A stretch of DNA of 63,266 bases, counting the filler, from Octopus bimaculoides (Eukaryota), in the NCBI RefSeq assembly GCF_001194135.2. It is 7 parts of 7 records of this genome, joined end to end, with 100 filler letters (N's around TTAATTAATTAA, not from the genome) between each part and the next. Parts side by side here need not be neighbours in the genome. Positions count along the whole stretch, not along the records: positions 44,642 to 56,817 come from NC_068996.1; positions 56,918 to 58,989 come from NC_068990.1; 5 more parts are not named here. The stretch is one strand, 5' to 3'. Positions 44,642 through 57,580 of this stretch are shown here, in pieces. Each line of letters opens with the position of its first letter. The first letter of the stretch is position 1. A program made the position numbers and the translations under genes. Under the pieces are notes generated by a model. That model was given only the letters and a program-made list of their open reading frames with translations, did no database searches and was not told the origin of the DNA.

Positions 44642-45210
44642 ACTCTAACCCGACGTTTCGAAGATAAGGCAGAACGTACTCTAGAATAGTCTCTTCCTGA
44701 GTAGTAGATCAACCCACTAAACAGAGGATTCCAAGGTGGCAAACACAAACCAAGACAGGAAAATTGGACAGTGAAAACAACATTAAAAAGCCGTACGGCC
44801 AAACGCGAATCTGATGTAGAACGCTAGTAGTTTGTCTTGCCTTCACAGCGGCTGGAGTGAAAAGAAAGTTGACCACAGGTCACACGAAAGCAGAGAGGAT
44901 GGTGGAGGGAGGAAGTGGAACGAGGAGGAAGAGACAGAAGTGTATAGCAGTGAAGTAGAGGCCACCGCAACAGAAGGGAGCAGAGCGAGAGGGGGAGATG
45001 GGTAAGAAGAAAGATAGATAGGTAGATAAATAGAGGGATAGGTAGAATGATAGAGAAAGAGAGAGGATGGTAGGGAGGGGAAGTGGAACAAGGAGGAAGA
45101 GACAGAAGTGTATAGCAGTGAAGTAGAAGCCAAGATAACAGAAGGAAGCAGCGCGAGAGGGGGAGATGGTAAGAAGAAAGATAGATAGGTAGATAGAGGG
45201 ATAGATAGAA
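44642..45210 (-). mobile_element. Probable Penelope-like element 3' region with degenerate hammerhead motif and a 168-bp tandem duplication
   Basis: Minus strand CTCAGGA AGA...TCTT CGAAACGTC GGG at 44705-44647 (core has G5>C). Purine-rich units start at 44892 and 45060. Confidence 0.45.
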
Positions 45211-45252
45211 AGATAGAGGAAGACAGATAGATAAATAGATAGGTAGATAGAT

Positions 45253-45287
<35 letters not shown>

Positions 45288-45699
45288 GAGATAGAGAGAT
45301 AGATAGATAGATAAATATGTATGAATATATATATATATATATGTAGATATATATATATATTTCTATTTTTGAAAACCAGTGGATGTATTCCACTGAATTT
45401 AGGTAAATAATCCTTCGTACAGACGGTCAGTAGCGACGCCTGCTGGGTTCGGCTGTTCTATATTGATAAGAGGCAATACCTCGAAACCAGTTTGTAGATG
45501 CCAGACCAGCAAGGGGAAGCGGTTGACCTCCCCTGTTCGAAGGTTATAATGGACACAGGTTCGTGTGTCACATAGCTAGCTAGAGGCGATGGCATTTTTG
45601 GAGGTAATCAACGGCAGCATTCGTACTATTTTGGGGACTGCCATGTTGGCTTGGCGATAACTATTAATATGCACACATAAATATATGTATATACATATA

Positions 45700-46704
45700 A
45701 CTTTTTTTTATCGAGGCATCATCCAGTCAGGCTTATTACCATAGTCAACCTGACTACCTCTTTCTATCCCTCCCGACCTTCCATTAATGTTTTTAGGTCT
45801 TCAATTTGACATCTTACTCCGTCAGCAAGATTTTGTATATACGTCTTCCTTGGTCTTCCATCCGCTGTGGTTCCATAATTTGGTGTCAACACATTGCTCA
45901 CAAGTTCTAGTTTACTTCTCCAGCAGTGGCCAGCAAACTTCAATCTCCTCTCTTGGATGGTTGATGAGAAAGTTGGTACATTCCCATATAACCGTTGTTT
46001 TGTTGGGTGCTCCCTCCAAGAAATGTTGAGTACTGCACGTAACATTCACCTGAGTCTCTTGGTGAGAGTCCAAGTCGAAGATCCATATACAAGCACAGAT
46101 TCAGCAACTGCTCTGAAGAACTGTCGCTTCAATTTTTCTGGTAGGGTTCACTTCCATGTTGTTCTAAGATCGTTTATAGCTGCCGAAGCCTTAGCAACGC
46201 GATATTCAATACCTTTTTCTGTGTGTGGAAACGATATTGCTGCCTAGGTAAATAAACTCGTTGACATTTTTGAAGGGCTTCTGTTTGATGGTCCTGATTT
46301 CGCCCATTGTCTTCAGGGTGATAAACTCTCTCCTTTTCATTCACAAATAGTCCTGTTTTAGCGGCGGAATTTCCCAGGAGATGGAGTAAACGTTCAGTAT
46401 CTTTTGTGTTGTCTGCGAAGAGCGCTGTGTCATGAGCATAATCGGCGTCCGTCAAGTAGGTGACCGGATATATTTTGCTTATAGACTTCTGTAAAGTGAA
46501 TCCTTAGGGCATATGGAATCCCTAATGAAACAATAAAGGCAGTAATGATGCTGTATAAAACACCAGAACGAAAGTGCGGTCACCAAATAGAGATACTGAC
46601 TTCTTCGATGTTCGTGTATGAGCACTGCAGGGTGATACACTAGCTCCTTACTTGTTCATCCTGTGCGCCCATTATGTTTTGCGTACCTCAATAGATCAAC
46701 ACAA

Positions 46705-46708
<4 letters not shown>
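45700..46708. mobile_element. RTE-like LINE, 5'-truncated with an inverted 5' segment (minus 46490-45700; plus 46491-46708)
   Basis: Minus: YPVTYLTDADYAHD..DFKYLG-like region..RAVLNISWREHPT..RRLKFAGHCWR. Plus: ILRAYGIP..LY..DTDFF..LQGDTLAPYLFIL..YVLRTSID. Confidence 0.85.
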
Positions 46709-46743
<35 letters not shown>

Positions 46744-47004
46744 AATTTTTCGTGAGGTTGAAAATGCATATCAAACAGAAAAATGTGTAGTCGTTTTTCG
46801 ATTTTTTCACATATCAAATTGGTTTCGGCAGTTCATTGGTTATCAATGGTACAAATATATATGAACAAAGGGATGAGGGTTTAACAATGTTTAAAAGTAT
46901 GCGGTAAAAATTGGACAAACATGTTTAAGCTATTAAGTATTCAAATGCTCACAGAAATTTCAATGGGTTTCACAGGGATAGGTAGTAATATCATACATAC
47001 ATAC

Positions 47005-47160
47005 GAGGGACTTTTTTCAGCTTCCCACCAAATCCACTCACAAAGCTTTTGTTAGCCCGTGGCTATGGCATAAGACAATTTTCCAAAGGTACCCTGCTAC
47101 GAGACTGAACCTAGAACTGATATGGTTAATAGCAAATTTCTAACTTCACAGCCACACATG
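47005..47160 (-). mobile_element. SINE family B, 5' half, degenerate
   Basis: TTTTCAGCTTCC..AAATCCACTCACAAAGCTTT..GACTGAACC..CACAGCCAC. Confidence 0.7.
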
Positions 47161-47200
47161 GAAATATATATACATTAGAAAGTAAACAAAAAATATATAC

Positions 47201-47264
<64 letters not shown>

Positions 47265-49254
47265 CATGTATATATCCTACATGTGTGTGTGTGTATGTGT
47301 GTGTGTGTGCGCGTTAAACATGAAAGAAAATTTGAAACTGAATCATTGATATTAATTGCGGAAAGCGAAAAACGTTTCCACCTTCATTTATCAGGAAGTC
47401 CATATAAAACAGAATTAAGTAATCCCAAATAAATAAGAATAACACATACTACTCTCAAATAAACCTGGTACAGAATTCTTCATTATACCTGCTGAATATC
47501 AACCAAAAGCTACGAATGGAAACAATAAAAATGCTTCTGAAAGTTGTGGAATATGAATTTAAAATCAGGAGACAAACAATATATTTCTCGCTGTTCAGTC
47601 CCAGAAAAGACGGGATACACTCAATTTTGTGAATACTCCTATTGTTTAATATGTCAATATTTTCAATCTAGGTCAGTAAATCAACCATACGAAGCAAAAA
47701 TGACAACTGCATCTGGCATTATTTCTGATATAACTGAAAGTCATATCTTGAGATCATTATCAAGGAAAAACTCATAATCTTATAAACATTTCGATCCTTT
47801 TGTATCATATTTCATATGAAGGAATAGCTAGGTACAATTATAAAAGTCATCCTCAATATTAGTATAAGACTAATATATGTATGCACTGAATTGCAACTAC
47901 TCCCAAAAGTGATGTTACCTAGCCAAGTTAAAATTTACAAAGCAGCAGAGTATTAACTAATAATATAAAGATGCAATTTTTCAAACACTTCTGTGACAAA
48001 TTAAAGCAATAAAATATAACCAATATATAAGCATTTTATCAGAATCAACGATTTGGAAAATAAGAAGAAGCAAAAATAAATATCAGTCAGCAGGAAACTG
48101 TTGAATAGATTTAAGAGATTCATGCAACCTTTCTTCCCACGTGTAAGTATTACTATATATCAGCATGGTTCAAATAGATTCAAACAGGCTACTACAAATA
48201 ACGTGCGAGCTGTACACAGAACCGGTTCTAAAAATCTGAAGAAATCTGGCTGTCGTAAACCATCAGTCCATTAAAACGTCACTAAGCTAAGGAGAAGTCC
48301 CAGGAGCGGAACCGAATTTCAGTCCGGGTTTTAAAAGATCTGTATGACCTTGATTCATAACTGCTAGCACAATGGTTCCACATGACCTTGACCGAACCAA
48401 AGACAAGTACTCCTTGTAGTGCTTTCTTCAATGATAGTTGTTGTAGTCAAATCACCGATGTTTAGTCGCTTAACTATAACCTGCACAGTCCCCCAATGCA
48501 TTTAAAATGGCGTTCCACAGGCACTCAAGTGTGAGGCGTTCCCGTGAAAACTTCTCGAAATTCGACGAAATCCAACCACACTGCATCTGCCCGAGTAAAC
48601 AGAGCTACTACACTGAAAGCTGCATATTCACTGGTGAGCATATCCAGAATCAATGACTTATCATCTTCCTCGAAATCCAATCCTTTCCGAAACAACACTG
48701 CCAGTTCAAATCCTTAATGGATATGTTCATTCCGTGGTCGTCAAACATTTATGGTAGCACATGAATTTCGAAAATCTTGGTCTCACCGATCGCTACCATA
48801 TTTATATATTTGACTGTGATACTAGGCAAACGCACTAATCACTCATCTACAATCGTACTTCGATTTTGGTGCTTTTTCAAATTTGATTTGTGGTATTTCG
48901 AGTTCAGATTTTCAATTGGTTGGGGATGCTTGAAAATCATACCAGACAATTTTTATTACCTAATTGGTGTTCTCGGCTCTACTCTCAAATTGCTACAAAA
49001 AAGATGACGGATGCTGGACTAAAAAAACATACATTTTTCACCAAGAGAAACATGCCATCCTGTATTTAGTAAGAACCCCAAGAAATGTTCTTGAGATTGG
49101 AGGAGATATGTTATCGCCAAACATCAAGATAATATCCCTGTTAATTAAATTACTATGAATCATAATAACAATACTGAAATATTTTGCACAATAGTGATAA
49201 TAATGGTTTCATATTTTCGTAGCAGTTTCGTGGAAGTGAGTGAGTTGATTGCAT

Positions 49255-49385
49255 CAACTCAAGTATTCAACTGGTGCTTACTTCATCGCCCCGGAGAGAA
49301 TGAAAGCCATTGTCGACCTCAGCACAATTTGAACTCAAAACGTATAGAAGGACAAAATGCCGCTAAGCATTTTTTTAGCCGCCCC
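49255..49385 (-). mobile_element. SINE family A, degenerate
   Basis: AACTGGTGCTTA..ATGAAAG..GTCGACCTC..TTTGAACTCA..CCGCTAAGCATTT. Confidence 0.7.
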
Positions 49386-49768
49386 CCCACACACACACAC
49401 ACGCGCGAGCACACGCGCACATATGGTGAAGTCGCATGGCTTAGTGCTTAGGGTACCTGGCTCAGGATCCTCAAGTTGAATGACAACTGATGCAGACTTT
49501 GTGGAGTTAACACTGAAGGTATCACCTGCATCATAAGCAGTGGTCTGCAATGTCATCACGGTATCATCTACCGATGAAACATGATATTGTAGCTAGGACA
49601 CTGAAGAACGAGATGCGTCGTATGGTTATATATATGTATGTAGGTTTATATATATATATAATATATATACATACATACATACATACATACACATATATAT
49701 ATATATATATATATGGGTGACGGAGACATAAATGCACTAACATCGGTTATCAGGCAATGCTAGAGGGA

Positions 49769-49806
<38 letters not shown>

Positions 49807-50997
49807 TAGGTATCCTGTACATACCTACATATTGCAGACACACGCCCTTCTTTTACATCTCACACCATCATGCTGCTACACACTTTCCACTGTCTACCTC
49901 TGTATTTTCTTCCTAACTTGCTTTCACTTCTGCCTATTTTAGTTTTTGTACTTCATCTCTGTCTCTTCTTTTTTTTTCCTTCTATCTTTATCCCCTAAAA
50001 GCGTTTGCGACAATATGTAAACTATAAAGAAATACATTTGTTTTCTTTACAGCTCAATTACACTGTCCACTGACAGCATATGCTTCTTCTCATACACTCT
50101 CTCTCTCTCTCTCTCTCTCTTTCATCCTCTTCTCCCTATTTCATTTTCATTCATTTTCCCCTCCTCCGTTTTCCTATACCTTTACATTCCCTTCTCTTTC
50201 TTTCCGCTCCGCCCTACTCAGCCCGCAGCACGCTCCTTACCCTCGTCCTTCACCTTTCACCTTTCCCCATCTCTTTCTTCCCTTTTATCGCTATTCTGTT
50301 TCACTCTTACTCATAGTCATATACATACATAGGGGTTGAAATTTGAAATAAAAAGCACTCCGCCCCCGTTTCTACTTAACCTTTTTCCTTTGTTTTGTTG
50401 TAGATTTTGTTTATTTTTCCTTTCTCAAATTTATCATTTTTTTATTTATTTATTTCCCATTTCTTTCATTTCTCCGGTTCTTTTGAAGATCCACTAAATT
50501 ATCTAATAAAAGAGAATNNNNNNNNNNNNNNNNNNNNNNNNNNNNNNNNNNNNNNNNNNNNNNNNNNNNNNNNNNNNNNNNNNNNNNNNNNNNNNNNNNN
50601 NNNNNNNNNNNNNNNNNNNNNNNNNNNNNNNNNNNNNNNNNNNNNNNNNNNNNNNNNNNNNNNNNNNNNNNNNNNNNNNNNNNNNNNNNNNNNNNNNNNN
50701 NNNNNNNNNNNNNNNNNNNNNNNNNNNNNNNNNNNNNNNNNNNNNNNNNNNNNNNNNNNNNNNNNNNNNNNNNNNNNNNNNNNNNNNNNNNNNNNNNNNN
50801 NNNNNNNNNNNNNNNNNNNNNNNNNNNNNNNNNNNNNNNNNNNNNNNNNNNNNNNNNNNNNNNNNNNNNNNNNNNNNNNNNNNNNNNNNNNNNNNNNNNN
50901 NNNNNNNNNNNNNNNNNNNNNNNNNNNNNNNNNNNNNNNNNNNNNNNNNNNNNNNNNNNNNNNNNNNNNNNNNNNNNNNNNNNNNNNNNNNNNNNNN

Positions 50998-51033
<36 letters not shown>

Positions 51034-52375
51034 GTGTGTGTGTGTTTGTATGAATGTTTGTATCCCTATGTATGTGTATCTGCGTGTGTATGTGAGTATG
51101 CATGTGTGTCTGTATATTTCATATACGTGTTTATGTTATAACCTAATTGTCTTAAAAGTACTTACTCTGAATAGGATACGAATAGAAAACATCATTTTAC
51201 ATCCTATATTAATGTACATAGAATTTAACTTGATGATTTTCGCAAAATGTTATTTATCCTCTTTTGTTTGATTTTACCTTTACTCTTCTGCATATTCGTT
51301 TTATAGAGATTTACATATGCTTTTATTTTTACAATTTTGCTCTAATTTATTTATTCTCAGATATTTGAGTCAGTAAAAGAAAATCACATTTTTAGAAAGG
51401 GTAAGTTGCACTTCTCAGTGTATCTTCACATTTCTTTAAAGATAAGCATTGGGCAAGTTTACGTTAGGATGCAAGAACCTTATTTTCTAAGCCCTTCAGT
51501 ATTGTATACCGTTAATCAGAGGAAAACAAGTTGTTCTCCATTGCCAAAAGAACGACGTTCAAGGTCTTTGTAGATAATAATAGCCTAATCCAGCCTACAC
51601 GCAATTATAGTCGTTTGACATATGTTTATAGATCATTATGTTTACGTAATTCTGAGAAAATATTGGACAGGTTTCATTGATCAGAATACCTTGCATGCAG
51701 AGCTTATTCGAAGGTAGCAATTATTCCGAGTAACACTTCAGAGTAAGGAATTTTCAGAATTAATTCATTACCATGGGCAGCACATCCATATCACCACCCA
51801 GAGTAACTTCAAAATTATGACTCATACATACCGCCAATGTTCTTTAGAAGGTATGTTTTCAGGTTTCATTGATCAATTAGTTGTTATGTACGAAGAGTTG
51901 ATACCATTCTCGATGCGGAACACCAACCGCCGTCTGTTTAACTTAATGGGGATGAGTTTAACAAATGTTGACAATACACATTTGTCGTTCGAGTCTCACT
52001 TACGAAATCGCAGTATAAATACATATTTGAGTGTCATAAGCTATGACACTACAAGACCCTATTGAGTGAGTTATGGTAGTTGTTCTCATTACTGTTAACG
52101 TTTGATATTCCTTCTCGATGGATCCGATTACTTTGTTTTCTTAGGAATTTGATACGGTACTGACGAAATCTATCGACGTTAGCATAGTTTCCCAAGTTCT
52201 TGTAGGATGTCTTAGAAACATATACTCTATGAAACGACTCCGATAAATGCACATTCATCTTCAACATCGCATTTATACCAGACCTTAATGTATTTGTTTT
52301 GCCTATAACGACATGACCAAAGAGGATCCTGTTTATGAAAATCACCAGGTAACGTTAATCCACCGTTTCGAGCTT

Positions 52376-54670
52376 TATCATCATCCTTAACCACCCTATG
52401 GTTGTTCGGAACTCCATTGACAATCCCTTTCCACACTACACGGTCCTGCATTGCTGTGTTCAAATCTCTAATATCCAGCCCTGAGTCCCGAGGTACAGTA
52501 TCTGAAAACGTCTGTTTCCTGGAGAAAATTCTTCCAGAGGGATGCCATAGGAGCAGGAATGAGATAACCTCCTCTGCTCGATGACAGTGGCTAGTAAATT
52601 ATAGCCGTTTCTGCTTTAGCTTGAGGGATGTCGGCATCAGATTTCCGTAGATGTTACTAAGTGTTAGATGTGATCTCCAACTGATGCTCTGTATCTTTCT
52701 GAGCAGGTTGGTATATGTTCCATCTAGTTGTTTATCGAAGACAGACGATACGGTCTGGGTCTCTGATCCACAGGGATGGACTGGCTCTCTTAATGTTTCT
52801 AAATAGTTTAACTTTAAACGTGGGTGGAAGGCTTGAGTGCCAAATCTTACCAAGTCTGTTACATGCATCCCAAGCAAGAGCTTTGCGGACGCGAAAGTCC
52901 TTTGGGGAGTCTACTATGTGTCATCCAAGATATTTGAAGTCGTTAATGTTTTTGATTGATATATTATTGAGCGATTTAAGTTCAGTTGACTTGGAGGAGG
53001 TCGTGATAAACTCTGTCTTACTCTCAGTGTAGTAATCAGTCTCTCCATCAGGAGTTATAACTGTGACAGTGGTATTTATGTATAGCGCTCTGATAGCTTC
53101 AACAATCCTGGGAGGAATACCATAGAGTGCAATAACTTTAAACATAAGATCTCTGCTGATGGAATCAAATGCTTTGAGAAAGTCGACGAAAAAGATTGTG
53201 ACACTGTTGTTAAACTTTTTCATTTCTTCCAGTATGCGAGGGATAGAGAGGATTTGAGCAATTGTTGACTGGCCCCTTCTAAATCCATTCTGATATCTTA
53301 CGAAGAAGTGGATCGAGCATAGGTACAATCCTGTTAAGCAGAAGTTTGTTATGAACTTTTACTGCAATTGGGATCAGAGTAATGCTTCTATAATTAGCTG
53401 CACTTGTTAGATCACTTTTTTTTTTTGAGATAGGGACAATTCAACCATTCGACTAAGCTGATGGAGGCACATGATGCGGATATGTTTCGTTGCAAAAACC
53501 TAGTAAGGTTTCCTGCAATATTGGATCTTTCCACAGTAATGTTGGTATGTTATCGAATTCGGGAGATTTATTGTTAGAAAAACTACTGAGAGCTGTGTTG
53601 ATGTCTAATACATTAGATATTTTGTGTAGAGGAAGTGGAAGATCACTAGTTTGTGGTGGTCCCCCAAGAAGTTTGTGAAAGTGGTCAAACCAGTTTGCCT
53701 TGCGCTTCTCAGAGGAACCACATTTAAGCCTGGTGGAGGGCTTAAATTTTCTTCTAGTTAGTGTGTTTATTAATTTCCATACTGCATCATATTGCTTTGC
53801 ACTATGCAAGTTTGCAATTTTGTTTATCTTAGCTAGAATGTAATCTGTTTCTACATTGGCATATGCCTCATCTAGTGTTCCTCGAGCGTTGGAAGCATCT
53901 TTGAAGTTAATTTAATTAAGCCTCTGTTCATGACTACGTTTCGATTTTTCTAGATGATTCCTGGCTTCTCTCACACGGACTTCTGCATGAATTGATCTGT
54001 ACTTTATTCTTTCCTTCTTTGGTAGTTTTAAAAGGCAATTTCTTCTGTGGCGTTTACGAGGTTATTATATTGTGCTTCAATGTCGTCAATGTGCTCTGAG
54101 AGCATTTCAAAACGGTTTTTAACATCTACAGCAAATAAGTGCGCTACGTCTTTATACCTTGGACCAGTTCACCTGTTTCATGGGGTTTGGGACTGGTGGT
54201 CTTGGTGATCTAAGGCTGAGAACAATGTATATGGAAACAACTCTATGATCCGAGCCAATGGATGTGAAGGAGGAGAATGCCTGTGCATTTCGGACACTGT
54301 TCTTCCGCTTGTTTCTCAGAAGTATGTAGTCAATTTGCGAATAAGATTTAGATGGGTGCTTGAATGTCTACAAACGTTTTGGGTGTTTGCAATCTGAAGT
54401 TGGAACTCGTGAGCAAAATGAATCAGTTATTATCCTGTTCCAGTTAGTCTCCTTGTTATAGGTGAACAGAGCATCATCTCTCCTTATTTGGCCATTGAAA
54501 TCACCAGCTATAATAGGGAAGTTGTGGGAAGGGACACTTTCCGTTACTCCCTTCAGATCGGAGTAGAAGTCGTCTGCAGGTTTCTCATCTCTTGTGTTAG
54601 TCAGGCAGTAACATGCAAGGAATGTGGTTTCAGTGTTACTTCTCAGATTTGCAACAATTAGGTGGTCAGA
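52376..54670 (-). mobile_element. RTE-like LINE (APE endonuclease plus RT), decayed, with internal deletion of the RT catalytic core
   Basis: IAGDFNG, SQIDYIL, SDHR (APE); QNGFRRG..FVDFLKAFDSI..LYGIP..GETDY|..KTEF..DFKYLG with the QG and YADD motifs missing at ~53031; (GAT)n tail ~52378-52390. Confidence 0.9.
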
Positions 54671-54677
54671 TACTTAC

Positions 54678-54782
54678 TCAGCATTCAAATTCCGCCGAAG
54701 TTGACTTTGCTTTCATTCTTTCGGGATTGATGAATTAAGGACCAGTTGCATACTGGGGTTGATTTAATTGACTGGCCCCCTC
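54678..54782 (+). mobile_element. SINE family A, 3' half, at the truncated 5' end of the LINE
   Basis: TTCAAATTCCGCCGAAGTTGACTTTGC..CTGGGGTTGATTTAATTGACTGGCCCCC. Confidence 0.8.
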
Positions 54783-56534
54783 NNNNNNNNNNNNNNNNNN
54801 NNNNNNNNNNNNNNNNNNNNNNNNNNNNNNNNNNNNNNNNNNNNNNNNNNNNNNNNNNNNNNNNNNNNNNNNNNNNNNNNNNNNNNNNNNNNNNNNNNNN
54901 NNNNNNNNNNNNNNNNNNNNNNNNNNNNNNNNNNNNNNNNNNNNNNNNNNNNNNNNNNNNNNNNNNNNNNNNNNNNNNNNNNNNNNNNNNNNNNNNNNNN
55001 NNNNNNNNNNNNNNNNNNNNNNNNNNNNNNNNNNNNNNNNNNNNNNNNNNNNNNNNNNNNNNNNNNNNNNNNNNNNNNNNNNNNNNNNNNNNNNNNNNNN
55101 NNNNNNNNNNNNNNNNNNNNNNNNNNNNNNNNNNNNNNNNNNNNNNNNNNNNNNNNNNNNNNNNNNNNNNNNNNNNNNNNNNNNNNNNNNNNNNNNNNNN
55201 NNNNNNNNNNNNNNNNNNNNNNNNNNNNNNNNNNNNNNNNNNNNNNNNNNNNNNNNNNNNNNNNNNNNNNNNNNNNNNNNNNNNNNNNNNNNNNNNNNNN
55301 NNNNNNNNNNNNNNNNNNNNNNNNNNNNNNNNNNNNNNNNNNNNNNNNNNNNNNNNNNNNNNNNNNNNNNNNNNNNNNNNNNNNNNNNNNNNNNNNNNNN
55401 NNNNNNNNNNNNNNNNNNNNNNNNNNNNNNNNNNNNNNNNNNNNNNNNNNNNNNNNNNNNNNNNNNNNNNNNNNNNNNNNNNNNNNNNNNNNNNNNNNNN
55501 NNNNNNNNNNNNNNNNNNNNNNNNNNNNNNNNNNAGAATAAAATAAATTCGAGGATGCAGAAGTACATGTAGAAATACATAAAAATCAAAAGTTTTCTAT
55601 AATAAATAAAACATAACACTCACAAAAATACACGCACAAACCACACACTCACACATACACACACACATAAACTCTCGCATACGCGACACAATCAAACACA
55701 GCAGTTTCTCCACTCTTTGATGGCTCTTATTTTTCGTCCCGCAGGGTGTCCAACATCACCCTCCTCACCAAGCAAGCATGGTGGGGTTGCCAGTTGGGTC
55801 GCCGACGACCCGACCATGTGACAGGTTGTATTGTGTTACATGCATGTTAACAGTGGCGCTAAAGAGCGACCTGGCCAAGCTTTATAGGTTGATCTGAATT
55901 AATCAAGACCGTTTCTGCTCTTAAATATATGTAGGATAATGTTTGCCATGGAGACCTCCCTTATGTACACTTTTGTTGTATGACATCCATGATTCTACCG
56001 AGAAGAGATATTAAATTAGCAGATCTGCGCTTCTTAAGTTTTTTTCGGCTCATTCTCCAAGAAAGCAACCCGCTGATGATATTACTGCGAATGTCTCGCT
56101 TTCTTGTATCTTCTTTTTTTTTTTTTTACGTTATCTATAACGTATTTACGTTATCTATAACAGAACAGAAGAATGATTTATTCAAACAACGTAGAGCAGA
56201 AATAAAGCCACCGTAATTTCACACATCAAACCAATGCACACCATATGAATTTGAGTTTTCTTCTTTCCTGAGAGTTGTAGAAAATTCATGTTTTTCAAAC
56301 ACTATTTCCTATTAAAATTATCGGGAAACAATATATACATGCTTGAGATCTGCAGACGTGACAGTGTTTCCAGACAACCGTCTAATCTAAATGAAAGGAT
56401 TTAAGTGTTCTCCGATGATAGAATAGGCGCCTATCCGTTACCAAAACACCTTCTGTATTTAGGCTTCAAAGTAATGAGCCTTTCATGTCACCACTAAGTC
56501 AGCTGCAAAACCTACCCTGCAAGTTTTGTAAGCA

Positions 56535-56817
56535 CATGTATGTATGTATGTATGTATGTATGTATGCATGTATGTATGCATGTATGTATGCATGTATGCA
56601 TGTATGTATGTGTGTATGCATGTATTTATGTATGTATGTATGGATGTATGTATGTAGGCATGCATTATGTATGCATGTATGTATGCATGTATGTATGCAT
56701 GTATGTATGTATGTATGCATGTATGTATGTATGTAGGCATGCATGTATGTATGCATGCATGTATGTATGTATGTATGTGTGTATGTGTATGTATGTATGT
56801 ATGTATGTATGTATGTA
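56535..56817. repeat. Mosaic (ATGT/ATGC)n tetranucleotide array
   Basis: Direct read. Confidence 0.95.
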
Positions 56818-57361
56818 NNNNNNNNNNNNNNNNNNNNNNNNNNNNNNNNNNNNNNNNNNNNTTAATTAATTAANNNNNNNNNNNNNNNNNNNNNNNNNNN
56901 NNNNNNNNNNNNNNNNNGAACTCTAAAATTGTTACACACATAGATACGCACAGCGTAATTTATTATATAAACAATATATGCGTATAAATTACGATTAAAC
57001 CGGATGAAATATGTCACAGGGAATAACATTTTTATGACCGCCCAGCAGTAACTCTATTCAGCTGAATAGACGTCAGTGATTGATTGAAATTACAGAAATA
57101 CGACAACTTTAACATGGAATAACTTGCGAATTCCTTTTTTTTTGTTAAGAAGACTAAGAGTAAAAGATGTTTTATATGACACATTCTACCAGTGTTCCAA
57201 GTTTCAAAGTGTTTCGTTAAGAAAATACTGGTGCCCCCGTTTTGAAATAGATCCAAAGTGTCTGTTTGGTGGTGGCAGTGATGGCGATAATATTCAGGGA
57301 ATAATGGTTGTGGTGATAGTGACAGCGACAGTCGTGTTGCTGTTGGTGGTGATTGTAGTAT

Positions 57362-57482
57362 TAACCACATGATTCCGGGTTCAGTCCCACAGCGTGGTAC
57401 CTTGGGCAAGTGTCTTCTACAATAGCCTCGGGATGACCAAAGCCTTCTCAATTAATAGACAGAAACTGAAAGAAGCCGTTGT
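57362..57482 (+). mobile_element. SINE family B, partial
   Basis: AACCACATGATTCCGGGTTCAGTCCCAC..CCTTGGGCAAGTGTCTTCTAC..GAAACTGAAAGAAGCC. Confidence 0.85.
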
Positions 57483-57491
57483 ATATGTGTA

Positions 57492-57544
<53 letters not shown>

Positions 57545-57580
57545 GTGTGTATATATGTATATATATGTGTGTGTATTTAT

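Noticed and set aside
47400-48000. Minus frame with many TGA codons, suggestive of a mitochondrial insertion
   Set aside because: TAA/TAG stops remain and no mitochondrial protein motif was recognisable.
51760-51800. YGCAAH on the minus strand resembling the hAT CxxH motif
   Set aside because: Flanking residues do not fit, and the frame has many stops.
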